Below are positions 63,900 through 64,000 of a DNA stretch of 64,000 nt, one piece after another. The stretch's first letter is position 1; each line of letters opens with the position of its first letter. Source of the DNA: Vicinamibacterales bacterium (GTDB taxonomy: Bacteria > Acidobacteriota > Vicinamibacteria > Vicinamibacterales > UBA8438); NCBI GenBank assembly GCA_965217045.1, contig OZ244228.1:679668-743667 (forward strand), written 5' to 3'. Position numbers and translations under genes: made by a program. Below the pieces are notes generated by a model. The model searched no databases. It saw only the letters and a list, made by a program, of their open reading frames with translations, and had not been told where the DNA came from.

Positions 63900-64000
63900 A
63901 TGCGGATGACCGCCCTGCATCGCCGGCCGTCGGAATCCGGCCGGGCGTACGTTGTCCTGCTCGCGGCGGTCTTGCTGGGCGCCGGCATCGAGGGCGGCGC
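63900..64000 (+). CDS. 5' end of a membrane/secreted protein gene (continues beyond window end)
   Basis: ATG 63900 lies 9 nt after the stop of the previous gene, whose TAG is part of TAGGAGG (stop plus SD). The product begins MRMTALHRRPSESGRAYVVLLAAVLLGAG... Confidence 0.4.
   Translation, partial: MRMTALHRRPSESGRAYVVLLAAVLLGAGIEGG

Overview
This is a GC-rich bacterial chromosomal segment. G+C was judged by eye and not computed; third codon positions are almost all G/C. The gene content (a CarboxypepD_reg-type TonB-dependent receptor, a DUF1587/PSCyt fragment, many secreted beta-propellers) suggests an Acidobacteriota- or Gemmatimonadota-like soil or sediment organism, but that is inference only.

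The window is dominated by genes for signal-peptide-bearing periplasmic or secreted proteins:
- six PQQ-type beta-propeller genes (one partial at the left edge, two in tandem)
- NHL and PON/SMP-30-like propellers
- three MBL-fold hydrolases
- msrPQ, ald, an NhaC-type antiporter, a DUF5916 protein, and an alpha/beta-hydrolase/HAD/amidohydrolase group

The outstanding feature is an uncharacterised ~330-aa secreted protein family, here called the PDLQ-CHEGN family. It has 12 intact paralogues plus one decayed remnant between 19 and 59 kb. The copies occur as tandem, divergent and convergent pairs and repeatedly sit next to PQQ dehydrogenases. One copy is fused to two VOC/glyoxalase domains, and another is translationally coupled to a small c-type cytochrome-like ORF.

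Mobile DNA:
- An IS1182-family element has perfect 19-bp termini and a nonsense-mutated transposase.
- Solo copies of its terminus overlap the TAG stop codons of three other genes.
- A ~4.7-kb IS graveyard holds an IS110-family gene, an IS3-family element nested in an IS4-like pseudogene, and a DUF6788 remnant.

Other features are a ~35-70-bp repeat immediately upstream of three unrelated start codons, a VapC/Phd-type toxin-antitoxin pair, and two clear intrinsic terminators. I recognised no rRNA, tRNA or CRISPR array. Many of the longest ORFs in the supplied track are antisense shadow ORFs typical of high-GC DNA and were not annotated.
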